DNA from: Asterias rubens
Taxonomy: Eukaryota
Direction: 5' to 3'
DNA length: 64,000 nt
Assembly (NCBI RefSeq): GCF_902459465.1
Contig: NC_047062.1
Span: 14,632,001 to 14,696,000, forward strand
Shown here: positions 52,970-64,000 of the stretch, piece after piece
How the letters are laid out: the number at the start of each line of letters is the position of its first letter
Position numbering within the stretch: position 1 is the stretch's first letter
Notes under the pieces: model-generated
What the model was told of the DNA's origin: nothing
The model's input: the letters and a program-made list of their open reading frames with translations, nothing else
Database searches by the model: none
Program-made: the position numbers and the translations under genes

Positions 52970-53204
52970 GGCAGCACAGAAGTTAAACCTCAGCTCGAAA
53001 AAGAGGAAACAACAACAACAGCAGCAGCAACAGCAGCAGCAGCAACGGCAGCAGACATTTATACCCGACCCTCATGCGAGGGAGCCAGAGCCACCGATAT
53101 TCCCAACAAATTTCTGCCAGATCATTTCTAGATCGCCGCCCCCTGCACCCCCTTCGCTTCTACGCAATGTGTCGAGGGTCAAAGACAATCCTGGAGTCGG
53201 AAAG
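52970..53204 (+). CDS. KIF26: KIF26 coding exon just before the motor domain: (R)AAQKLNLSSKKRKQ11RQQ...FPTNFCQIISRSPPPAPPSLLRNVSRVKDNPGVGK
   Basis: Acceptor ttgtgtttttgaaaaacag| and donor AAG|GTAAGT. 235 nt, phase 2 to phase 0. AG from the previous exon plus G gives Arg. The peptide matches the KIF26B stretch RAAQKLNLSSKKKK...[30 protein letters not shown] as I recall it. Confidence 0.93.
53010..53051 (+). repeat. Second coding poly-Q tract (Q11-R-Q2)
   Basis: caacaacaacagcagcagcaacagcagcagcagcaa... cggcagcag read in the exon frame. Confidence 0.95.
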
Positions 53205-53248
53205 GTAAGTTTTGGATTAACCTTCTGTAGATACTGTAGGAGAAATTC

Positions 53249-53388
53249 CAGGCCTAGAATGGCGAGTCCATCATTATTTTTTTAAGGGCACTTATACCAT
53301 TGGAAAATCTTAAAGTCTATGGGAAACTTTTGAAGGAGCACCAAGGCCAAGACAAGGCTTGAGGGTCCTCTGTGTAATTCAAGGGCTA
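53249..53388. repeat. CAGGCC-ended repeat family, subtype A
   Basis: Core gggaaacttttgaaggagcaccaaggccaagac is the reverse complement of the core in 54038-54170 and 62883-63195. Confidence 0.7.
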
Positions 53389-54037
53389 AAATTAAATGCT
53401 AAATGTAAGCATAAGGGCGGAAAGAATTTCTGTTTGTGCCGTTCTGTACATCTAATTTTTAAGGTTTTTGTTTTTACTTCAGCTAAATGAAACCCTAGAC
53501 TCACTGCAAGTAAAAAATTTTTACCAAACTGACCATAAAAGCTGAATGCCATTTTTAAATAGCAACACTTTGGCAAGGGATCTGGATATCATGAAACCAG
53601 CTTGTGATTTCACAGTGTAGCCAACGCCTGTATCTGGGCCGCTGTTTGAAGCCATCATGCCTCTTTTTCCAGTCAGTCATATCTGGGCTTTGGAAAATAT
53701 GCTTTTCTAATGAAGAGTGGCCTTGCCGTTCTGGAATGAGAAGCCAGAGCTTCATCAGGTGGATGTAATCTTATGACGATGCGGACTAGTCTAGAGATCT
53801 TGTGCTGTGTAAATAGTATCCATCAGTAACTCACCTGAACGTCTAAATGTCACGGAACATAAGAAGCAATCAGTTCTGCTTGAAAGATCCTAGCCAAATG
53901 AGTCTGGCTGATTTTGTATCGGCAAACAGTTGTCTTTTGGTGACAAAAATTTAAAGTGTTGTCTTGTGAATTTTAAATTGTTAGAAGTTTTATACTCAAA
54001 CAGATAAAAGAATTACCCCTAACAAAATAATGTAATT

Positions 54038-54170
54038 GAGGCCATGACCTCCTTTGCCCCCGGTCTTGTGGCCTTGGTGCCCCTTCAAAAGTTTCCCGTT
54101 GGCTTTAAGATTTTCAAATAGAAGTTCCCTTTGCAAAATGAAAATGGCCTTGCCCTTTCAAAGAGGCCTG
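54038..54170. repeat. CAGGCC-ended repeat family, subtype A (opposite orientation to 53249)
   Basis: ggccttggtgccccttcaaaagtttccc...gcaaaatgaaaatggccttgccctttcaaagaggcctg. Confidence 0.7.
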
Positions 54171-54270
54171 GTAATTTCAATCCAATACACATTAACCCCA
54201 TTTGCTCAATAAGTATTTAAATGAGTTTGTGTACAGAATGAGATGAATTTTGTTGTGTGTTCTGTTTTAA

Positions 54271-54634
54271 AGGAACATTACAGAATTGGTTTTGCAGACA
54301 AAACAGTTGCTGGCAGTGTCAGCACTTAATGTAATCCACCAGATATATAAACTGACAAACCTGTAGAAGTTTGAGATCAATCGGCCATCTGGGTCCCGAG
54401 AAAATAGTGAAAAAACCGATTCACATTTTTGCAAGACATCGATGCAAAAAGAAAAATTAATAAAACGCTTACTGAGCGATAAACTCCAAACACGAAATAA
54501 GATTATTAATTTGACATTTAAGACAATAGTATTTCGTGGGATGTTTTCTTCTATCATCATCATTAGACCGTGTAAGTTTTATGTTAATCTGTGATCTTCA
54601 TGATTTTTGTTTCTTCCAATTCTGAAACATTCCT
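54271..54634. mobile_element. Non-autonomous TTAA-flanked DNA transposon (Kolobok-like)
   Basis: TTAA|aggaacattacagaattgg ... ccaattctgaaacattcct|TTAA. TTAA TSD with purine (AGG) termini is the Kolobok pattern, unlike the CCY termini of piggyBac. Confidence 0.8.
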
Positions 54635-57222
54635 TTAAGATCTTTTTGTGGATCTTTTGTTACACATACCAAACTGCTTTCTCTGTGGATTGTTGCCAGA
54701 AAAAAAGAAAGACCAAATGCATTCAGATCCGGTCTTTACCCTGAATGACCCGGAAACTTGTTGAGAAGTTTTTGGGACAAAACTGAACGAGCTCTCGTCG
54801 GCTGTCAATCACGTAAAAGGGTCTCTTACTTACTGTATTAGATGGTCACATTGTCAGAATGGGTCAATAGGCATCCATTTGTATCCATCTGACTTTCTTC
54901 CAATGGAACAATGCCACAACAATAAGCCTGGGGGTCAAACACTGTCAACAAGCCTACCAGAGAACAAATAGTAGATCCCCAATGAATCCCCAAATCCCCT
55001 CCCTCTGGTCTCCTCCTCTTTATATTGATGGACAAGGCTCAACTTCATTCTGTTGACCCAAACCTGCCCCCTAAACAAGGCTGTTATTGACACAGATTAG
55101 TGCTAATCTGTGCCAACGAGTCCCCTCTTCTTTTCTTTGCTGGGGCTTTTGGTCCTGGTGTAGCTTGGATGATCAAAATGAAACGGTGCTTAGGAGTAAA
55201 GCTTGTTAATCTGCTTGTTTGGAAGGCATCATTCAGATCCTTCTCCAATCTGAAGAGTGGCGGATCGATGCCCCTGTCTTTTTGTGCCCTTCTCTTTTTC
55301 GGCGCGGGTTTTCTTGAAATGCTCACCCGAGAGATAATCGGTTTCAAGTTCCCAGAAAAAAAAACTGAAGTGTGTGACTAATGGATGTTTTATTGTTCCT
55401 GTTGTTTTCTTCTCCCTGGGATTCTTGTGGGTGTCTCGCTTGTTTCGTTGCAACCACCATAGAGCAAGGAACACCAACCGAGGGTATTTGTTAAAGGAAA
55501 AGGACACACTGTGTTGCCCTAGCCAGGAATCCTACCCTTGTATATTTCACTGGTCATTTCTAGCTCCAACAGTCTTATTGGTGCTACCTCCAGCGACATG
55601 CACAGCCATGCAGCAAACAACGATTCTGATGACGCAAATGAGGCGGAAGACATTTGTACACAAAATTGTAGGTCACATACAACTAATTGTTCCCTTAGTG
55701 ACCATGGAGCAGTCAGGTATATGAAACCTTGGCAACTGAACACTGGTTGGTTCCGAGAAGTCTGCTTGGCTGTGTGGAGACTGTGCACTGGTGTCTGGGT
55801 TTGGTAACATTGGAGCTCTGCATGTTGTATCCAAAATGAGTGACACAATATGTCTTTGCCGCCCCTTCGTATGGTGACAAATGAATTATGGAAGAAAAGA
55901 CGGCTGCTGGGTTACATTATCAAAATGTAACTGTGTTTGCATCCATATTAATCAATTTGAGAACAAACAAAATTGCAGTTTGTGAATACTTCACTATTCT
56001 TGCTCAAAATACACAGACTTGAAGGTTTAGTGGAATTAAGTGATTGTTTCTGTTAGTTTTAAGGGAATTGTAAATATTCAGAATACGTTCTTTCTTGAGC
56101 ATTTTTATATATTTTTATTATTATAATAAAATCAAAACTCTTTAATTGAGAAGACGACAACAATTTGAGGTGATTTTTACTTGTAGCAAATTAAAGCATT
56201 GTGAAGATTAATTATTAATGTGATTTTCAGTAGCAAAGCACATTCAAATAGTGACCCCCCTTGCTCACGCGGGAAGCACCTTTGAAAAATGTTCACCTTC
56301 CATTTCCACCATTTCAGGGGTGAATTCCTTAATGTACATTTTGATTTCAACAGGGGATCAATCGGCTTGACCTGCATGGACAAAATGCTAACAAAATATT
56401 TTTCTAGAGGCGAGTAAACTCCTTGATTGATATTTTGGTTTCACACAGGAAGCCCTTAATAAAAAACTACAACCGATAAGAAACCAATCAGCGAACTAAA
56501 GACCGTCCTTATTGATTCCGACCCAGAAATGATGTAAATCCTCCCCCTCTTCCTTTTCTGGGCACTAGTATTTTTTTTGGGGGGGGGGGGCTGGTTGGCT
56601 GACGTGAAGTTTCCTGTCCCAGTATTTCCTAGTTTTCAAAACCTTTCCTCCCCCCTCAGGAAAGTTACAGCTTCCTCTCTTCACTTTCCCCATGAATTAC
56701 CCGTATTTGTTTATCAAAGCACTTCAGAGATTAAAATGCTTGCTGATTGAGGGGAATTGACCATTAGCGGGGCTGGCCACCCTAAGGACAGAAGTCTGAG
56801 CAGTGGAAGGTGGAAGAAACATATGCTCTTCCTTTCCCAGTGATATCTCTCAATGTGTGGACTGGAGGTGTATATTTGTGGAACATGCCTCTGAATTCGA
56901 TGGGGCTAGCTTGTCATGTACTCTTGGGAAATCTATCTGACCCTTGACTTGTTCTTGTTATTGATTTACCAGTTGGTGTACATGAAAAGTAAAGCGCCTG
57001 ACATATAAACATTTTCTGCTATCCGGATAAATGGGGGAACTGACAAATCGATAAATGCACTTCAAAAAAAAGGGTCATCCTTCACTGATATTTTCTGATA
57101 ATTGTTGTTGTTATAGTTGTTTCATTAATTGACATGAAGGAGTTTGTAATAATTATTTTGAAGAAAATTGTACAAACTGCACAGAATATGTTTCTATAAC
57201 AAGAGCAGAGCTAATCTAAAAT

Positions 57223-57379
57223 GGAAGCAATGGTACTGGTCAATGGCCATTGCCTTGTTGCCCCTAGCAATGTGTGTGCAGGAGAAATGTTAATTTATCC
57301 TCATAATAGAGTTGCCCTTTATGTAAGGAAAACTGCCTTGCCCCCCCCCCCCCAAAAAAAGAACAAAGTATCAGGCCTG
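57223..57379. repeat. Decayed CAGGCCTG-ended repeat, subtype B
   Basis: cattgccttgttgcccctagcaat...gttgccctttatgtaaggaaaactgccttgccc...tcaggcctg aligns to 52016-52215. Confidence 0.6.
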
Positions 57380-60300
57380 CAGATGCTATGTTTCAGTGCA
57401 ATGATGTCAGTATCTTCACTATTATTATTACTAGATTAACCTTGATTTTGACCATAGAGAAAGCATCTCTGAAGTGTTAACCATTCAGATAAACTCACAA
57501 CAACCAAGCTGGGTATCAAGTCGTTTGTAATTAATATGAAAAATCCCAGCATGTCTAATTTGGCAGTCTGTGGATCAGTGTTATCCAAAGACTGTGTTAC
57601 TGTCTCCCTTAATCATATCATCATGAGAGCAAAATATCTGCTCTCTGCTGTCACTCAGTGAGTGAAGATTAGGCTGTCTTCTTCTTGTCAGTTAATCAGG
57701 AGGTCAGATGACCTGGATCCCTGGAGGAGGATGACCCAAGCTGCCAGGCAGGGTATTTTAGACTTGGCACTGACCATATGGAACCTTTACTACAGAGATA
57801 AGTATTCTAATGGTTGGTCTGGAGGGCCTAATTGGCATCATCAGTTGTCATTGTGGTTCCAACCTCTTGATACATTGAAAACTAAAAGGAAGAAGAAGAA
57901 CTTTGGAGGAAAAAACAAAACAAAAACAATTCTACATTTGATATTCCTTGCTAAAAGTAAAGTAAAATATTATAAAGTAAGTCATAATAGTTATGGTTTT
58001 GGATTCATTCATTGTAAACAATGAGCAAGGACAGAGATGTTTGATTATGACATACGTAAATAATGTACATTAATAAATACATTACAGCCCTAACACACAG
58101 GCATGTGATTTGTCAGGATATTTCACTGATCTCCCTTTGCTTTCAGAGTTTCTTGAAGGAGGCAAACTTGCCGTCACAAATTTGGCCTGTGTCGTGACCA
58201 ACAAAATGTAGGCCTAAATTCAGGGAGCTTCGTTTCTACAGCGAGAGACAATTGTTATCAAACTTTCAGGACTCATCTCTGATTAAAGATGCATCAATTG
58301 TTGTTGATCTAGTCGTCTTTAAATTAGTTTTTTTTGTTGAATTCTTCTTCAACTAATCATCTAAATGTTTCTTTATTCTGTTTTAAAAGAAACTTGACTA
58401 TAGTTAATTTGAGGTGCAGTTTCAGTACACTGGCTGGCACTCATTAGATAATTTTGGCTAGAGGTAAAGTGATGTACCTAGGCCAGGATGATATTAAGTT
58501 CCAATCTGACCATTCCCCTCCATCTTCTATTTCTTCCCTGAAGAGAATTATGCCCGAATTCTCATTAAATAGAGTGTACAAGCCTGACCTTGTGTCATGC
58601 CCTAGTTGCAAAAAAGAAAATGTATACATACTTGAGAATTTTTTTGGTTATGGATCGAAGAATGGAAACATTTTAGGAGATTTCACCTTACATGTATGTC
58701 TTTTTTTGTGTGATATTGTTGGTTCATTCATGGGGTATGGTTTATCCACTACTGTGCCTTAGGGCCCTGTATTAAGGAATTGGGGAGGAGGCCGTCATTG
58801 AATAAAACCGGAACTCCGTTTTGGAATCTTGAATGAGCTGTAACCTACGGCTGTGTGGAAGTATTTGGATTACCTGGCAAGCATTGGATAACAACCCGAG
58901 AAGAAATTATTTTGTATTTGTGATTGATGAGAGGAAAATAGTTTTAAATAAGTATTTAACTTCATTTTTTCCCCTTTTTTCTGGTTAGTGTTTTGGACTG
59001 CAGGGCAGTTTATTCATCGGTATGCAGAGATATTAATAATTATGTTAGGCCCTTTGTGATTGAAAATCGTCAAGTTGAGTGGAAAGTAAGATAATGCAGT
59101 GGGCTTCCCCATTGAGAGGGCAACACGAACACCCGTCCCTAATACTATGCAGGGTTTTATTCTTTCTCTGGGTATCTTGTTATTTCACGAACAACCTGGA
59201 AGCTATTACCAATTACCCCAAACCATTCAAATTCCAGTTTCAAAATTTGTGTTTTAGAAGTTCATCCAATAAAGCCTGTTTTGTTCTTCCTGTGAATGCG
59301 ATCGCGATAAAACTTTTATTTCACAAGTTTGCAACGAATATTTTGCATCAGTTGACTTGTGCTGAATTCCTGTAAAACATTCAATGCAAACAGCCCTGTG
59401 AGGTCAAAGAGTTTTTTTCTCATTCCAAAAATATTTTCCCTTAACCCAACAAGTTCCTAATATGAAATTGTTTCCTGCTAGCGTTTCCTTTTTAACTGTA
59501 ATCAAAGCAGAGACATAAGATCACATCAAACCTGATTACAATTTTTTTTCTAAAAAAGATACACCTCATATCCAACATTTCTGATACTTCAAACCAATTA
59601 GTTGGTTTCAAAACTTACTCTCAGCTTAAAAAAAAACCCTGTAATTTCCCTTAACACAAATGGCTGACTCATTTCTAAGGAAGTTACTAACACGAGTTCT
59701 CTTCAGGAGTTTTCATGCATTCATTACCGTACCATGGTGCATCAATGCACACAAATTGCCTGTGTAATAAATCCATGTAAAGGCGGGTTTCGGGAAGTGT
59801 TGTATCATAGCGTACTGAAGTAATTCATCAGTCTGACCTAATTCCCCCCCCCCCCCTCCTTTTTTTTACATTTTTTTGGGGTGGTTATAATGCCTCAACT
59901 CCGTTGACGGACATAAAACGAGATGACGTGTCCTAATTACATGAGACATGTGCAACACATCTGAAATTTCCCCCCCTGACAAAATGTTGCCTTCGATCGT
60001 GTTCATTAATATCTAATCAACACTCCACCCAAAGAACAAAGAGAAAAATAGCGTACAGTAGTGATATTGATTTGGCTGCCATGTATGATTAAGTTGGAGT
60101 AGACTCTTTTTCATTCTGTGGGTAAATAATGACTGTTTCTGGTGATGGGAAATGGCAGTGGTGAAAATTGACGTTCACTAACGATCTTTTAAGACAAAAA
60201 TTCACTTCATAAAGCTCTATGTTCTTTATGGAGTACAAAGATGACTTGTCAGGCAAAATCCTCAATAAATATTAGCATGTGAAAGAAAATGTTTTTCATT

Positions 60301-62882
60301 GTGGTCAATATTTTAATATGTGTTTTTCCCCTATTTTTCTCGGAAAGGAAACTTATCTTCAAGGTTGTCGATACAATGAACTGAAAGGAACAAACATTGA
60401 CAACATGTACCAAGAGTTTTTTACATGTTGAAACGCTTCTGAAAAAAAAAAACCTTTACAAAACCTACATAAAAAAATACATCACACACAGTTTGGAAAG
60501 GGATCGTTTTTTCAAACAATAACTTTGTACAAAAGTGTGCCAACTTATATAATGTAATGGTGTTTTGGAGATTGTCCAAAAATATACATACACACTGCAC
60601 TATGTTTGTGTATACCCTGCCAAATATAACAAATGATGGTTACACGATTTTTTGACAACTTTTTTTCTGAGCGCTTTTGTACATCCTGAACAATGGCTGA
60701 ATGGGTTTCATTGTGACCTGCCAGGTGCCCCTTATATTAGTCAGAAAATACTTTCCCTCTCTTTTATTCGCAGAAAAAAAAAACTAAAACCTCTCCTCTG
60801 TATAAGTCATAAAGAACATTGTTGAAATCCGTAATAAAACGATACAGGTTTCACTGGTGTGTATCGTGTCACATGTTACCAATCATAATAGTACTGTAAC
60901 AGTAATGCTTTGATTTCCTCTCAGTGGATTTAATTTCAATAAACCTGAGGAAGGAATGAAAATTCCTCCACGAATACACCCACAACCTATGGCATTTCAG
61001 AACTTTTGTTAGGAAGACTTTCAAGGTTCATAAACTGTATTCGCCTTTTAAATGCTTCAGAGCAAGCGATACCCCACCCATGGGCTACCAATAATAAAAA
61101 AAAGACTTATTGAAGTGGTTCGGAGTAGAATGTGATAACATTCCTGGGGAGGGCTAAAAATGAAAGCCGGAAATTCATACCGTTTTGTGGAAATCCAATT
61201 GATAAATATATATTTTAAATGATTGTCGTTAACCAAGTCAATATGTCCCCTCCACCGGTAGCGTGAATTGAGGCTAGTTATATATTTCCCCAAGTTTTCA
61301 TTAAATCCAAAACAACCTCAATTGTACAAAATTGAATTCCTTTAGTGCAGTGACTGCATCCAATTCCTTTCACTCCTCGAAGCCACGCAGTGCAAAGTCT
61401 TTTCCCTCCAAGGGCTGTTTGCTCAGCACAAGGGGGTTAGTCAGCTGATCTGTATTGCACGGTCTACCCCTCGAGCCTCCCTTGTTCCAGATGGAATTCC
61501 ATCAGTCAAATGAATTATTTTGGCATTTCGGAAGTCAAGATTTGTGCCCGAGAGGTTTTCCAAAATTCTCATACACACTCTTTGCTTAACCAAATACCTG
61601 CCGGGTACTTAAGGGGCTGCTGCGTGCCGTTTCAGTGTATTATAAACCATGAGAGAGTCTCAACAATAAAAACCAATTGCCCTCGTCAGACTAAGCCAAG
61701 CATATACAAGAGACATCCTGAGCCCACCAACGTTCTCATCAATGGGAATTTTCTTTTGCCACCCCAGGAAACGTTTGACAGTTGTGAAATTAAATTTCTC
61801 TTCCATGGGAACGGGCAGCTCTCATGCTGTTCAAATAATACTCAGAATCTGCAAAAGGACACTGCTCAAAGTCTTCATCAATACTGTATTTCCACAGACG
61901 AATGTAACAAACAATTTGTTACCAGGTTTTGAAAGCCTTGCTTTTTCTCCAGTAGTGCACTACACCAAAGCTAGGAGATCTTGTCTTTTCTGAATCTTTC
62001 TATCCAATTTAAAATCTGTGGATACTTTCAGAAATTTATTGCATTTTTTGTACTATTGTGAAATCGTTTTTCAATTTCCTTGATGCCAAACTCACTTGAT
62101 CAGTGCATTACTTTATGACAACACACATTGTGGATTTGAGTTCTCCATTTTTACACTGGGGTTATAACCTGACGGATAAACTATGATTGTTCACATGGGT
62201 CAATGTCCCTGCAGGGAACAATCATTCTCATAAAGTGTAATAATTTTTTGGCAAACGATATTAAACAGAAACACATAAATGTTATTTAAACTGTGCACAG
62301 GATTTCCTGATCATTTTGAAGTACCATATCGTTGTCACGGTGTCACTCTCAGCGAACAACAGGCAGCCCATTACAAAAAATTGTAATCCATACGTAATGA
62401 ATCACTGTTCAGGCAATTGTTTCTTCTGGGCCCCTCAGGGCTCTATTCTTGGGACACACTGTAGGAAATGAACCATTAGTATATCATCAGCAGTGCATTC
62501 ACTGTCCATGAATTGTGAGCCCACTTATACCAAAAGGAAGTGAGTGACATCACTGAGGCCGTAGCTTCCTGCTGGAATACTCATGTAGTATTATTACTCG
62601 GGATCCATTGATAACAAATTAGAAGTGACATGATGATTATGTCTGCTGGGTTTGCAAGATGCAACATATTGCTTTCATTTTAAAATGACAGACTGTATAG
62701 ACCCCTTTTACAGATAGGAAAAAACAATGCATTCTGGGATAGGATGCGATGTTTTGGGATGTTCGTCACGTATAAAACGTGCATAGCTTACTCGTAAACT
62801 CCCCCAAAATGCATCATAATCACCACTTCCGGCCTATCTGTAAAGGGGTCTATGATGATTCACATTTGCCAGTTTGTAATTG

Positions 62883-63195
62883 CAGGCGTGATTATGACAC
62901 AAGTGCCACAGATGGCCTCTGTTGCCCCTGGTCTTGGCCTTGGTGCCCCTTCAAAAGTTTTCTATTGACCAGAGTTTCCCCAAAGGACCAATCAGCTTGT
63001 CAGTTCACTAGTCCATTACCTTTTTCATTGGTCCATATTTCTAGAACTAGCAAGGCAGATAATTTGGAGTGAAATTTGCCTGGTCCTTAAGTGTTCTAAG
63101 CCAGAGGACCACTGTTAAAGGGAAACACTGGAAATGGAAACTTAAATGCACTTTGGACAAATCATAATGAAAATGGCCTTGCCCTCTCAAACAAG
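62883..63195. repeat. CAGGCC-ended repeat, subtype A, split by ~190 bp of unrelated sequence
   Basis: The 5' half gcccctggtcttggccttggtgccccttcaaaagttt (about 62925-62960) and the 3' half aatgaaaatggccttgccctctcaaa (about 63166-63192) both match 54038-54170. Confidence 0.6.
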
Positions 63196-64000
63196 AGTCC
63201 CAAGGTCCGTTATTTATTCAAGTTGTCATTAAAGACCAGGCAAATTTATTGGGAAGGTAACAATGATAATTTTCTAGAGGTGTTGCGTGCCTGGTTTTTG
63301 CTATCCATCCAACATAAATACAATATATTAAAGCCATACTGTGAAATGTCGCAGCGTATTTGTATTGACGGAACACCTCACCGTAGACAGCCTTATTGGT
63401 AAATAGAGACGAATTAGCTGCATGACTGGACTAGAAATCAGAAATTAATAAGGCAGAACTGTAGTGCAAACAACATTATCCAGGTCGTACGAACTCTCTG
63501 GGCACGCACACCGGGTGCGTAGCTCCTCGCTGGCAGTCGCTGCTGTCTACTACCTGGCGACCTCAAGTCCCACCAGTTGTTGATTCAAGTCGTATTGAAG
63601 CGTACTCGAGCGACTTTGCTTGTATCTAAGTCATACATCAACACTGTAATACCCTGTCGTACCTCTGTGCGGTGTGTTCACAATCCATTAATGAGATCAG
63701 TGTTTCACTGGCGTACTCCTGCTGTGGGTTGGGGGGTCAGTCAAACTACCCCATAATGACTGTAGCCTATTATTAGTTCAGGGGATAAGCACCATGTTGT
63801 CAAATACTTTGAAGAATGTATCTGTTATTATTAATACTGTTGAAGTACAATATATTCAGACTTCTTTCATGCAGTTCTAGACGTCTCTCTCCATTTTAAA
63901 TTGGTGTGTATTATCAAAATTTCTGGAAATAATACAATGAAAATTATATATATAAAATAAATTAAAGAAATATTTATGCTAACAAAGGTATGCAATAATT

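Noticed and set aside
58454-58500. GKVMYL as the start of the KIF26 motor exon (expected VKVMLR)
   Set aside because: Use of either nearby AG gives an immediate stop, and the downstream residues do not resemble the motor domain.
61510-61932. 140-aa ORF, the longest non-repeat ORF
   Set aside because: No recognisable domain, random-looking composition, and no convincing splice sites.

Overview
AT-rich, repeat-rich animal genomic DNA with no prokaryotic features. The repeat families and a deuterostome-type kinesin suggest an echinoderm, probably a sea star; this is inference only. The window lies almost entirely inside two very large introns of a + strand kinesin-11 family gene (KIF26A/B orthologue). 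Two coding exons are well supported, 24802-25316 and 52970-53204. They join across a 27.65-kb phase-2 intron to give the KIF26 signature ...AASFFAR|AAQKLNLSSKKRK...FPTNF...SPPPAPPSLLR..SRVKDNPGVGK|. A probable upstream exon end sits at 1-30. No motor-domain exon was found, so it probably lies beyond the window. The introns carry non-autonomous DNA transposons (CTG-flanked Harbinger-like, TTAA-flanked Kolobok-like, a CAGGCC-ended family, a hairpin MITE), an L2/CR1-type LINE 3' end, a CORE-like tRNA SINE, micro- and minisatellites, and poly-G/C runs. The most unusual structure is a ~460-bp near-perfect palindrome at 44088-44546. It is built from two head-to-head tRNA-derived units around a 1-nt spacer, with a 34-bp duplication near the apex, a Pol III terminator broken in one arm only, and an older relic of similar geometry at 38175-38398. 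Also notable are long poly-Q/H tracts around the conserved KIF26 motif and several phase-compatible candidate alternative exons. I cannot show from sequence alone that any of these is an undescribed system. Most short ORFs in the supplied track look like chance ORFs.
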